NCBI RefSeq assembly: GCF_004010195.1
Contig: NC_057719.1
Location: 37,926,200 to 37,990,199, forward strand
Length of the DNA stretch: 64,000 nucleotides
From: Chiloscyllium plagiosum
Taxonomy: Eukaryota
Direction: 5' to 3'
In this document: positions 9,738-22,140 of the stretch, one piece after another
Layout: each line of letters opens with the position of its first letter
Position numbering within the stretch: position 1 is the first letter of the stretch
Notes under the pieces: generated by a model
Seen by the model: the letters and a program-made list of their open reading frames with translations, nothing else
The model's database searches: none
Told to the model about the DNA's origin: nothing
Program-made: the position numbers and the translations under genes

Positions 9738-11104
9738 TCTATTTTAACACACTTGGCTATGAACTGTGTCACTGCATCCTCTTGTACTCGGCTTGTATTA
9801 CCATGCCGTAAATAATTTATCAAAATGCGTTGTGGGATTCATGTTAGGTCGGCTTTGTTGCATTATGTACACACTATACATTGCGTCCAGACCAACGCGA
9901 TAATGATGTCAATTCGACAGTTTCTGCTGCTCACTCACTCTTCTGGCATTTCCCCATTGGAAAAACGTGAAATCTTTCACATTCCGATGGGCGCTTCCTA
10001 CCAATTGCTCCACTATCATGAAGAGAAATAGAAACTGAAACCCGAGGCGCTTTTCCAAAGCAACCAGGGAGCTGAAGTATCGGGTCGTGGCGACAAACTG
10101 GCTTCGTTACTATAGAAACAGTTGTAACATTACAACTGTTCAATCAATGTTGGATCCTTTAAGCTGTTGTCAGATTTAGTGGAATATATATATTTCTCAT
10201 ATATTGTATGGTTTGCTACAAGGAATAGTCAGAATTCTGCTTGCAAATTGTCAAATTACGTTGCGTTGTTGTGGATTATTGCAAGTGTTGGTACTATATA
10301 GCAGAATACGAATCTTTGCATAGAAGTATCAATCAGTAGCCTTAAGGCAACTTCAAAGTTTGACAGGCTAAATTTTTATCTTTTACTTCCGTGAAAAACG
10401 AATGTACACAGGAAAATTGCGAAATTCAGAAAGCAGCTTTAGCACTATTTCTTTCATGCCAGGCAGCCGTGTTTAAATTGTGGTTGCTATATAAACCAAC
10501 TTCAGATTGCTATAGTTCCCTACCATGCTGCCCCGAGTGAACTGATGCACTGTATGGCTAGCGACCTGAAGTCTGACGTTTACTGAGAATGGAGCACCCA
10601 CTCCCACGGCCCCCGCCCCGCTATACTAACATTCGTGTGCAGTTCCTTCAAAATTAAGAAGTTGGCATGAAGTTTAGACACTCTGCTGCTCTGACCATTT
10701 CCCTATTGATATCGATATCATAGTAAACTATAAGAAGCAGTGTGTCCTATTTGACGCGCTAGTACATTTTATTTAAAATCAAAGTGCAATCAACAGATGT
10801 ATTTTCTAATGTAGCTTATCAGATTGAACTGAAACACTGCAAGCGACTATAACTATTGATTTAAAGTTAATCCTAATGATAGTTCACAGCTTTATTGAAA
10901 TAAAATCCAGGAAGCGCTTTTTTGTGAAAGTAATACAATAGTCCTTCGCATTAATGGTACCAGTTTCCTTCAACACGACTGTGTAAGTGACTGAACGTCA
11001 GATGCTCTAGCTTCCGGGTTGAATGGGGGACGGACAATCAGCAGTATAGATGAATCTTGCAATAAGAAATCTGGTAGTTGCAATCAAAAAGGAATATCAC
11101 GAGG

Positions 11105-11335
11105 TTTCTGAAATAAAAGCAAAGTGCTGGAGAAATTTAGTAGCATCTATGGAGAGAGAAACAGTTAACGTTTTGAGTCCAGTGTGATTAATCAATTTTG
11201 AAATCTTCTGAAGGGTCATACCGAAGTCAGTGTTAACTTTGTTTCTCTCTACAGATGCTGTCAAACCTGCAGAGTTTGTCCAGTGTCCTTTGTTTCTATT
11301 TCAAATTTCCAACATCCACAGAATTTTACTTTCAC
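11105..11335. mobile_element. Old palindromic PLE-derived short element (second family)
   Basis: Arms tgctggagaaa…gtagcatct…gagagagaaacagttaac and gttaac…tttctctctacagatgctg…ccag are inverted; related copies at 48590-48705, 54625-54852 and 55040-55378. Confidence 0.65.
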
Positions 11336-11669
11336 TGCTTGTTACCTCATAAATTTGATGATTGGTATTTAATTTATGGATATTGGCGAATCAATATCCC
11401 AAGATAGAAGGTCTTCAGGCAAGATGGGGAAAGAGTTAAGAGGGGATGGTGTCGCAATGTTGATCAGAGAATCAATTACAGCCATAAGGAGGGATTAACT
11501 GGCGGAGGGCTCATTTTAATAAGATTACTTATGGTTTGGCCAGAATGGTTTGGGAGCAGATATGATGAGGTAAATCTATGTCAGAGTAATGGGACACATT
11601 CGAGAAGAAAATCGGTAGATTAAATAATTTATCAAAATATGTGTTGTGGGATTTATGTTAGGTCTGCAG

Positions 11670-12098
11670 AGAACATTTTTGGTTTTACTGTTGTATACTC
11701 GTCTGCTCCGTCCATTTCCTTTTTTTCTCTTTCTTCTCCCGGCCTGAGTCAGCACAGACCCAATGAGGCAGCCTCCTGGTCTAGTGTGGTGGCCTCTTGG
11801 CCTGATATGGCATCAGCATGGACTTCTGGTCTTGAGGTGATTCCTTGAAGTGTGGTCCCACTGTGGCTAAGCACTTAAGGAAGACGATATGTTTGAACTT
11901 TCAGCTTTATTTCTTTATTTTCTACTTAAAACTAAGCAGGTATAACTCTATAATGATTGCCACATGTTTAATTTCTAATTTTATTTTTTCTTGTTCTTAA
12001 AACTCTGTACCTAGGTACTTGTGTCAAAGATGGTGTCTTGTATGGAGACATTTATACATTTTTCACTGTACTCCTGTACTTTTGTACAATCAAATCAA
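11670..12098 (+). mobile_element. Non-autonomous element with a Rex1-like 3' tail
   Basis: Ends …TTTTCACTGTAC…ACAATCAAATCAA, resembling the tail at 16580-16640; it interrupts a local duplication. Confidence 0.4.
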
Positions 12099-12419
12099 CT
12101 GTGTTGATTGATTGCACCAAGACTAACGCAATAATGATAACGTGAATACAGCAGATTCTGTGGCATGAGAGAAATAGAAACTGAAACCCAACATCTTCCA
12201 GTAAAGACAACAAATCTTGTGAATCCTGGATATCAAGGAATGTAGAGAATTGGAAGAGGAGAGAAAAGGGAGGTTTGTGGCAGATACTAAGGGCTCAAAA
12301 TAGTAGAAGCCTGAAATACAGAATGTGCAAGAGGAAACTTCAAAAAGGAGAGCAAAAAAAGGGGCATGAAGGAATAATAACACTTAGAATAAAGAAAATC
12401 CTGAGTTACTTTACATGTA

Positions 12420-14140
12420 CATTACCTCTGGAATTCAGCTCTTTTGTCCATGTTTGAACTAAGGCCGAATTCTGGAGCTGAGTCCCTAGCACAACCCAAA
12501 CAGGGTGTTGGTGAGCAGGTTATTGCTGAGCAAGTGCAGTTGGATAGCATGAATGATGACACCTTCTATCATTATACTGACAATCAAGAGTAGACTGATG
12601 GGGTGTTGATTAGCCTTTTGGATTTGCCTTGCTTTTTGTGTAAGGACATACCTGGGCTATTGTCCACATTGTTGTAACAGTACTGGAAGAGCTTGGCTAG
12701 AGGAGCAGTACAATCTGGAGCACAAGTCTTCAGTTCTATTGCTGGAATGTTGTTATGGCCCATAACCTTTGCAGTATCCAGTGCATCCTACCGTTTCTTT
12801 ATATCACATGGAGTGAAACAAATTTGCTTAAAACTGGTATCTGTAATGCTAGGGACCATTGGAGGAGATGGATCATCCAATTGGCACTTCTGGCTGAAGA
12901 TGGCTGCAAATGCTTCAGCCTTAACTTTTGCATTGATGTTTTGAGCTCCTCCATTATTGAGGAAGGGATATTTGTGGAGCTGCCTCCTCCACTGAGTTGT
13001 ACACCACCATTCACAGCTGGATGTGCCACTGCTGGGTCTGTCCAGGCAGATCATGTTTCTGGGATGTTGTGTGTAAGGTATGATTCAGTGAGTATGACTA
13101 TGTCAGGCTGTTGGTAGCTTCCCCAGTTTGACACCTCAGTTTTAATTATGCCTGGTGCTGCTCCTGCACATTCCATTGAACCAGGGGTGATCCCCTGGCT
13201 TGTATGGGGGAATATGCTGCACCATGAGGTTACAGATTGTGCTGGAGAACAATTCTGCTGCTGTTGATGGCCCACAGTGCCTCATGGATGCAGAGTCTTG
13301 AATTGGTAGGTCTATTTGAAGTCTGTCTCATTTAGCATGGTGATAGTGCCACACAGTACATTCTCAATGTGAAAGCAGGACTTTGTATCCATGAGGACTA
13401 TGCGCTGTCGCTGTTGCCAATACTTTCATGGACAGAAATATTTGCAACCGGCAAATTGCCAGGGATGAATTTGTGCTGAAAATGTGTTGCTGGAAAAGTG
13501 CAGCAGGTCAGGCAGCATCCAAGGAGCAGGAGAATCGACGTTTCGGGCATGAGCCCTTCTTCAGGAATGCGCTTTTCCAGCAACACATTTTCAGCTCTGA
13601 TCTCCAGCATCTGCAGTCCTCACTTTCTCCAGGGATGAATTTGTGTATGATTTTCCCTCTTTGCCTGCCATTGATCCAACCTGTCCTTTAGGACCTGATC
13701 ATCTCAATCAAGAGTGCTGCTGCTGAGCCACTCTTGGTGGTGAACATTTAAATCCCCAACCAGTGTATGTTTTGCACCCTTTCCACCCTCGGTGCTCTTT
13801 CCAAGTGTTGTTCCATGTGGAAGAGTATCAATTCATCAGCTGAGGGAAGATAGTATGTGGTAACAGCAAGAGGTTTCCGCGCCCATGTTTAACCTGAAAC
13901 CATGAGACTGTGTGGGTCCAGAGTCAATATTGAAGACTCTGGGGCCAACTCCCTCCTGACTGTATTGCCATCTCTGCTGGGTCTGTCTTGCCCATGGGAC
14001 AGGATATACCCAGGGATGGGTATCGTGATGTCTGGGACATTGTTTATAAGCTATGATTCCATGAGTATTTTGGCACCAAAGTAGGAAGTACTTTGCAGGG
14101 TCGACATGGTAGTTTCTGCTATTGTCTTTTCTGGTGCCCA
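12420..14140 (-). mobile_element. Second LINE family (CR1/L2 group, 'family B'), endonuclease to RT-proximal fragments
   Basis: QQPDIVILTESYL (endonuclease), KAEAFAAIFSQKCQLDDPSPP, ALVQTWTKELNSRG on the minus strand; homologous to 55848-57130. Confidence 0.8.
13476..13630. mobile_element. Short palindromic PLE-derived insertion with TSD
   Basis: Antisense arm 13476-13568, sense arm + tail 13569-13630; CCAGGGATGAATTTGTG duplicated at 13459-13475 and 13629-13645. Confidence 0.92.
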
Positions 14141-14648
14141 GGATGATATCAGGTGATCTAAAGTCTTCTCAAAGAGACTTTGGTCAGTTTAAACTATTTC
14201 CTTTATCAGAATATGACAGCTGGTGCTGCAAAAGTGAGATTCTCTTTGCTGCTCTCTGTGAGGACTTCTGCTTATCGTGGGTTTCTCTGTTCGAAGATGG
14301 ACCTGAAAAATTGCTGTTAGATTGAACAGGTAACTTTTTGTCTTAGATTAGAAGACTTGGGCCTCGCTGATAACTGATAATGGGGAGCCAGGGAGTGGTT
14401 GTGTGCTGAGTGCTGACTGTTAGAGTGCATTGAAACAAACAGCTCTGCTGGCCAAAAACAGGGTCTGAAGAAAACAGAAGGCTATAAGTTGTGCACCTTC
14501 TCAGCACACTTTCTTCAACTGCAGTAAAAGCTGCAGGGACTGCCACACCAGCATTGACTACCATGGCACAAACTATGACTGGGCTGCCATAAATGTGAAA
14601 CCTGCACTTAAAGGCAAAAGCCTCACTTAGAAAGAGCTAAACTTGAAT

Positions 14649-14891
14649 GACACGGTGACTAGCACTGCTGCCTCACAGTGCCAGAGATCCGGGTTCAATT
14701 CCCGCCTCAAGCGCCTGACTGTATGGAGTTTGCACATTCTCCCAGTGTCCGGTTTCCTCGCACAGTCCAAAAATGTGCAGGTTAGGTGAATTGGCCATGC
14801 TAAATTGCCCGTAGTGTTAGGGGAATGGGTCTGGGTGGGTTGTGGACTTGTTGGGCCGAAGGGCCTGTTTCCACACTAAGTAATCTAATCT
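14649..14891 (+). mobile_element. HE1-type V-SINE (tRNA-derived), internally deleted
   Basis: B box GGTTCAATTCC, V-domain TGGAGTTTGCACATTCTCCC, CR1-like 3' tail with TAATC repeats. Confidence 0.9.
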
Positions 14892-15019
14892 GTAAACTGG
14901 TATGGAGTGTTCAATTGAAGAATTTCAACCAAACAAAAAACCAACCCATTGAGGAAAAGCAAAGGGAATTGTCAATTAAGGCAGTGTTATTTTGTTGTTC
15001 TAGCTTCTGAATCAAAGGT

Positions 15020-15270
15020 TCAACTCGGTGTACATACAGGATCCTGTGGCATAATATCAAAAAGTATCAGGAATTCTCCCTATATCCTCGACAACATTTC
15101 TTCCTCAACCAATACCAGGAAAAACACATCTCCTCCTTGTATAATCATGCAATTACTTACATTCACCTCTATGACAGTGACAAGATTTCAATGGGAATTT
15201 ATTGGATATGTAAAGCTTTAGGCTGTACTGTGATTAAGGTGAAGAAGTTAAGACCCTGTATTAAAATGTT
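15020..15270 (+). mobile_element. Strongly diverged DeuSINE (SacSINE/AmnSINE-like) remnant
   Basis: ggatcctgtggca…ggaattctccc…tcctcgacaacattt.ttcctcaaccaa resembles the Deu-domain region. Confidence 0.4.
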
Positions 15271-16234
15271 GAATAAAATCACAAGGTTCTTTTGATACTC
15301 TTTCAAGTCCCTGAATGGAGACACTATTTATCAAGCAAAATATCTTCTGTGTGCATACGTTCATAAGAAAGCTCAGACATGAGAGTTGCCATGACAATTG
15401 AGCAAATGTGCCCTAGAAACACACCAACATTGAGTAGGATTGCTACCTAATATATTTTGGGGGGATGTTTCACAGGTAGAGGGCACTCCCTCAAACACAA
15501 TCCCACACACTTCATTTACAGTAATGCTCGGCTTCTGGTAACATCAACTTAATGTGCAGTTAACTGGTTTTGATTAAATTGAAAACTGAAATATAAAACA
15601 TCCAAATCTAAGGTTTTAGATTATTTTAATTTGTACACCTTCCATGTAACGAAATAAGAACAACAGAAATTAGTTCATTTTCCTTTTATTTCCTATAAAA
15701 ACATATTCTATGTGTAAACATGAATTTGAGATTAATTCATATGCTGCATACACTAGACCACACAGGAATAGGACAATCTTTGAAAATGGCAGTCAGACAA
15801 AATGGTTTGAATTTAATACATCAGAAATGGAGATTGAGCAACATGCAAATTGTCACAGAGAATTGAAATACCCTGAATGGTGTATAGCTATTAGAATTTG
15901 AAGCCTGAGAGCTGAACCTGCTGAAACACTGAAGATCCTGAGAGGACTGGCTTTGGTTGATGCTGGGTGGAGCTTTTTCTTGTAGAAGAGATTTGAATTT
16001 TAGAACATAAATTAAAAATATGAGGCTTCCCTTTTAAGAAAGAAATGAGAAAAATTCTTGAGTGCTGTTTGTTGCTCATCGATGGAATTCCATAGAAACC
16101 AGTGCAGGCGGGTTCACTGAATTTTATTCAAGGATGAGTTAGAAAGATTTTTGTCAGACAAGGGGCTCAAGGATTATGGAAAGATAGTCAGGTGGAGCTG
16201 AGATCATAGTCAGATCATACAAAACGTTATTGAA

Positions 16235-16638
16235 CCAAAAACCAGCCTTCCATCCATTGACTCCATCTATATTTTCTACAGCCTCAGGAAAACAACCAAC
16301 ATAATCAAAGATCTCCCCCATCCAAGTTATACTCTCTTCCACCCTGTTCCATTAGGCAGAAGGTTAAAAAAAGTTTGATTATAGGTACAAACAGATTCAA
16401 GAACAGCTTCTTCCTTGCAGTTATCAGACTTTTGGACGGGTCTTTCAATTAACAATTCTGATTTTTCTCTCTGCACTTTCTCTTTGGGTGTAACACTGTG
16501 CATTGTATTGTTCTGTACTCTGTCCAGCTATCCTGAATCACTTTGATGGTATGATCTGCTTGTACAGAGCACACAAAACAACACTTTTCACTGTATCTCA
16601 GTACACGTGACAACAATACATTGAACTCAAACTCAAAC
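16235..16638 (+). mobile_element. Rex1/Babar LINE 3' end, inserted in an old CR1 3' remnant (about 15870-16700)
   Basis: LPSIDSIY…RKTTNIIKDLPHPSYTLFHPVPLGRR…TNRFKNSFFLAVIRLL is the typical Rex1 C-terminus; short tandem tail. Confidence 0.8.
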
Positions 16639-16924
16639 CTGAACAGGCTTCAAGGGCCAAATGAACTCCACCTGCTTCTAAATCCCATGTTCTCATGAAT
16701 AACTAAGGATAATGGCAAAGAGTGGGTCTCTCAGTTTTCTCACGTTGTTTTACTAAGATTAAACAGAGTAGCCTGAATTTTCTTGCACAGAATTGCACTT
16801 TGATCTTGTAGATGGAAATTCATGGCAAAAGCTGCTGTGGAGCTCAGTTGAAGGCCTAGCTGTCTTGACAGAGGATCCAGAATTCTGTTAGGCACCTTGT
16901 TAAGGAATACAACTCATAAAATGG

Positions 16925-17120
16925 GACCAGTATTGTTCCTTAGCTGACTTCACTAAAATAGATTATCTGGTCATTATCGCATTGTTGTTCGTGAGATCTT
17001 GCTGTCCACATGAGCTGCTGTTTCCCATATTGCAACAAAAGTACTTTATTCAAAGTGTTTTGGATCATCCCGAGGTCAAAAAAGGCATGATGTAAATCCA
17101 AGTCTTTATGTTCTTTCTTC
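16925..17120 (+). mobile_element. DeuSINE (SacSINE1/AmnSINE-like) 3' half
   Basis: AGATTATCTGGTCATTATCGCATTGTTGTTCGTGAGATCTTGCTGT…TTTGGATCATCCCGAGGTC…AAAGGCATGATGTAAATCCAAGTCTTT matches the family as I recall it. Confidence 0.7.
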
Positions 17121-17435
17121 AACAAATGGTGCTAAAAATACCTCCTAATTTCTAATATTTATGTAATCCACATTCAGAGACAAGAATAGTATTTTTGTTT
17201 TCTCTCTAATCATCTTGGGAATGCAACCGAACATTCTGTGCATTGTCTTAAAAGCCTCATAATACTGACATAAAACTTTATTGATTGGTTACTGTAGCGT
17301 CAAAGCCCTTCTCTTAAGTCTCAAATGCTTTCCTCAACCCTCACAATCAAAACTGGGTAGTGGCTAAATTTTCCTCTGTGTCTGGTTTATAAAGTAACTT
17401 AGGAAAATGAGCTCCAAGGTATGGTTTACTCAAAC

Positions 17436-17562
17436 CTGATGAAGGGTTCCTGCCCGAAACGCTGTTTTTCCTGCTCCTCGAATGCTGCCTGACCTGCTGT
17501 GCTTTTCCAGCACCACTCTAATCTTGACTCTAACCTCCAACATCTGAGTCCTCACTTTCATC
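17436..17562 (+). mobile_element. Short PLE-derived insertion (sense) starting at the hammerhead core, 11-bp TSD
   Basis: TTTACTCAAAC at 17425-17435 and 17563-17573; element begins CTGATGA. Confidence 0.85.
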
Positions 17563-18146
17563 TTTACTCAAACACTGACAGACACCTAATGGGAGACCAT
17601 CACTGTTTTATACACAGCTAGACCAAGCATCCAATACATACTTGCAGCTAATCAAGGACAAATCAAAATCCCTGTCATAATCACCTTGAAAATGAATTCA
17701 TATCAACAGTACATGTCAAGTCTGCTTAGTGGAACACTCCGCAATAAGATTAGCAGATGGGCATCCATTGAAAACTTATTAGCACTGATAAATGATAACT
17801 GTAGAAAAACAAAATAGAAATATTCTCTACATTATTCTAATGAAGAAGAACATTTTTTGAATGTTGAAGGTGAGGTTGAAATGTTTGTGTTTATGAAAGA
17901 AGGAAATTGTTTCCAGGTATTTTCCAAGGAGAAACAGAGACAGTCATTTTTTTGATTTGATAGACAAGCCAATTGAGAGCCTTCAATGCTTTCAAAGGAA
18001 CATGGAGAAAGTCAAACAGGGTTTTTACTCTTATCATGCTCTGGAATGGGTCAAGTTATTGGAATCATATGACATTAGTCGGGGAAATAGTTATGACAAA
18101 TGCGATGAAGAAAATCGTTGTTCTGCTCAATTGAAACTGTTCACTT

Positions 18147-19083
18147 ATAGAGTCATAGAGTCATGCTGAACATAATCCCAAATTTCACTAGTCTCATCCA
18201 TCTATCCTGGCCCATATCCCTCCAAACCTTTCCTATTCATGTACTGATCTAAGTGTCTTTTAAAAGTTGTAACTGTGCCCACATCCACATCAAGAAGATC
18301 TTTCCATATGTTAACCATTCTTGCATTAAAAAATTTACCTCTAAGTCTCTCTCTAGTGGGCGGCATGGCGGCACAGTGGTTAGCACTGCTGCCTCACAGC
18401 GCCAGAGACCCGGGTTCAATTCCCGCCTCAGGCGACTGACTGTGTGGAGTTTGCACATTCTCCCCGTGTCTGCGTGGGTTTCCTCCGGGTGCTCTNNNNN
18501 NNNNNNNNNNNNNNNNNNNNNNNNNNNNNNGTGGACTTGTTGGGCCGAAGGGCCTGTTTCCACACTGTAAGTAATCTAATCTAATCTTTTTAAATTCTTG
18601 TTCTGCTCACCTTATAAATGTGCCCTGTAGTCTTGGAATCCCTCATCCTAGGGAAAAGAAACATGCCATCAACTCTATCTATATCCCTCACGATTTTATA
18701 AACCTCTATAAGGTTCCTACTCACCTTCCTACTCTCCAGTGAAAATGTCCCAGCATATCCAGCCTTTCTTTATAAATTAAACCTTCCATACCTGGCAACA
18801 TCCTGGTAAATCTCTCTGAACCTCACCAGCTTAATAATATCCTTGTCTATAACTAGATGACCAGAAATGGATACAATCCTCCAGAAGACGCCTCACCAAT
18901 ATCCTGTACAACCTCAACATGACTTTCCAACTCCTATATGCAAAGGACTGAACAATGAAGGCAAGTGTGCTAAATGCCTTTTCAACCACCCTGTCTATAT
19001 GTGAAGCAAGCTTCAAAGAATTATGTACCTGCATCCCTTGGTCCGTCTGTTCTACAACACTACCCAAGGCCCTACCATTAATT
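18147..19083 (-). mobile_element. CR1 3' portion interrupted by an HE1 SINE
   Basis: GRALGSVVEQTD.GMQVHNSLK…KAFSTLAFI…LRLYRILVR on the minus strand; (CTCTATGA) tail at 18147-18165. Confidence 0.85.
18358..18587 (+). mobile_element. HE1-type V-SINE spanning a 35-N gap (18496-18530)
   Basis: A box TGGCGGCACAGTGG, B box GGTTCAATTCC, V-domain, TAATC tail. Confidence 0.9.
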
Positions 19084-19399
19084 GGAAATAAAACTGTAGA
19101 ATATGCATGAACACATATGTTGCTTTTCCGGTCTTCATCTTTGTTCAGAAGTGTATTTGATAAATTATTACTTTTTATATTGCATTGTTGGTATCCTCTT
19201 GAATTTCGACAAAGGCAATATTTCACTTGACAACACCTCCTAGTGAGCTGTACTAGCTTGAAGAACAAAGGATGATGGAATATGGGAGGAGCACCAATTG
19301 AAAATTCTCCTCCAGCAGTGTCCTGAAATTGTCCTGACTTGATATTAAGTCACCATTTAGTCATGGTCACTGGGTGAAAATTCTGGAACTCCTCACAAA

Positions 19400-22140
19400 T
19401 AGGCAATAAGATGTAAGAGCAGCAGTAGGCCATTCAGCCCAACCTGTCTGCCATTCAATGAAATCACAGCTGATCTGAGAGCCCTGAACTCCACTAATTC
19501 TCATATGATCGATTCCCTTATGATTAAAAACCTATCTATCTCAGCCGTGAACAGCCTCCACAGACTCACTGAGCTGAATGAAAAAAAATCATCTCTCCTT
19601 TAAATGGATGACTTATTCTGAGATGATGCCCTTTCATCCTAGATTTTGTACCTATCCGCCAAGCCCCTAAGATTCTTTTATGTTTCAGTAAGATCTCTTA
19701 TGTTCCTAAAGTCAAGCCCAAACTTCACATAATCTTCATAAGAGATCCCCTATACCAGAGATCAACACAGTGAATCCTCTTTACTTCCAAAGCCTGCATA
19801 TCTTTCCTTAGATAAGGGGACCAAAACTATTCACAGTATTCCAGCTGTGGTCTGACCAGTGCTTTGTACACCTGTATCAGGACCATCCAATTTGCTTTTG
19901 CCTTTAAAATGAAAGCCAATGTTCCATTTGTTTTCTCTGTTACCTGGTAGAATTGCTAGATTTCTTTGTTCTCATGTAATAGTACGCCCAAATCTCTCTG
20001 TGCTGTAGCTTTCAGCAGTCTTTCCCCAATTAAATAACATTCAGTTGCTCTATTCTTTCTGCCACAGTGCATAACCTCATGCTGTAATTCGTCTGCCAAA
20101 TTTTTGTTCACTACTTGTCTATATCCATCTGTAGACTCCTTTTGTCATCCTTACTATTTGGTTTCCCACTTGTATTTGTGGCATCTGCAAACCTGGCAAT
20201 AGAACCACCACTTTCATCATCTAATTCATTAAGATATATTGTAAATAACTGGCCCCAGCACTGATCCCTGTAGCAGTCTACTATTTATAAGTTGCCATCC
20301 TGAAAATGCCCCCCTTATCCGCACTGTTTTTCTTCTGTTAGTTAGGTAGATCTCTATTCATACTAATATGCTACCTCCATCAGGACATGATCTTATTTTA
20401 TTAAGTAGTCTAATCTGTGGTATTTTATCAAATGCCTTTTGAGAATCCAAATAGATTATATCTAATGATTCCCCTTTATTTATCCTGCTTGCTACTTTCT
20501 CGAAGAATTGTAATAAATTTGTCAGGTATGATTTCCTCCTTATGAAGCCATGCTGGCTCTGCTCTATCTTATTATTTGTTTCTAACTGCTCTAGTATTAT
20601 ATCCTTTACAACAGACTTGAACATTTTTCCCAATGTCACATGTTAAACTAACTCAGAGTCACAGAGATGTACAGCACGGAAACCTTTGGTCCAACCGTCC
20701 ATGGTGACCAGATATCCCAACCCAATCTAGTCCCACCTGCCAGCACTTGGCCCATATCCCTCCAAACCCTTCCTATTCATATACCCATCTCCATACACGT
20801 ACCACCCTCTGTGTGAAAAAGTTGCCCCTTAGGTCTCTTTTTATATCTTTCCCCTCTCACCCTAAACCTATGCCCTCTAGTTCTGGATTCCCCGACCCCA
20901 GGAAAAGATTTTGTCTTTTTATTCTATCCATGCCCCTCATGACTTTGTAAACCTCTATAAGGTCACCCTTCAACCTCTGACGCTCCAGGGACAGCAGCCC
21001 CAGCCTGTTCATGCTTTCCCTATAGATCAAATCCTCCAACCCTGGCAACATCCTTGTAAATCTTTTCTGAACCCTTTCAAGTTTCACAACAGCTTTCTGA
21101 TAGGAAGGAGACCAGAATTGCATGCAATATTCCAACAGCGGCCTAACCAATGTCCAGTACAGCTGCAACATACCTCCCAACTCTTGTACTCAATACTCTG
21201 ACCAATAAAAGAAAGCATATAAAACGCCTTCTTCACTATCCTATCTACCTGCGACTCCACTTTCAAGGAGCTATGAACCTGCACTCCAAAGTCTCTTTGT
21301 TCAGCAATACTGTCTAGGACCTTACCATTAAGTGTATAAGTCCTGCTAAGATTTGCTTTCCCAAAATGTAGCACCTCGCATTTATCTGAATTAAACTCCA
21401 TCTGCCACCTTTCAGCCCACTGGCCCATCTGGTCAAGATCTGAGGTAATCTCCTTCGCTGTCCACTACACCTCCAATTTTGGCATCATCTGTAAACTTAC
21501 TAACGATACCTCTTATGCTCACATCCAAATCATTTATATAAATGATGAAAAGTAGAGGACCCAGCACTAATCCTTGTGGCACTTCACTGGTCACAGGCCT
21601 CCAGTCTGAAAAACAACCCTCCACCACCACCCTCTGTCTTCTACCTTTGAGCCAGTTCTGTATCCAAATGGCTAGTTCTCCCTGTATTCCATGTGATCTA
21701 ACCTTGCCAATCAGTCTCCCACGAGGATCCTTGTCGAATGCCTTACTGAAGTCTATGTCAATCACATTTACCCCTCTGCCCTCATCGATTCTCCTTGTTA
21801 CTTCTTCAAAAAGCTCAATCAAGTTTGTGAGATGTGACCTATAGTTACATTTTGTCGCCCTCCCTTTTTGAATAAGGGTATTACACTGGCAGTTTTCCAA
21901 ACCTTTGGGACTTTCCCAAAATCTAAGAATTGTTGAAAGACTATTACCATGCTATTACTATCTCTGTAGCTACTTCTTTTAATACCCTACAACACAACTC
22001 ATCAGGTTCAGGGAATTTATCGGCTTTTATCTCCATTAGTTTTCCCGCACTTTCTTGCTGGTGATAGCTATTGTGTTGATTTCTTCTCCCCCTTGGCTAT
22101 TTAGTCATTTTGAAAAGCTATTAGTGTCTCTTACTGTGTA
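19400..22140 (-). mobile_element. Older CR1 (RT to 3' end) split by a younger CR1
   Basis: SQHGFIRRKSYLTNLLQFFE…DIIYLDSQKAFDKIP; host sequence resumes at about 21837. Confidence 0.8.
20655..21836 (-). mobile_element. Young HER1-type CR1, 5'-truncated, nested in the older CR1
   Basis: [36 protein letters not shown]; near-identical to the 29065-30163 copy. Confidence 0.9.

Noticed and set aside
17800..18146. Open-looking AT-rich stretch, possibly an exon or hAT transposase remnant (also 19085-19240)
   Set aside because: Needs a frameshift, has no convincing splice sites and no motif I can identify; would need blastx.
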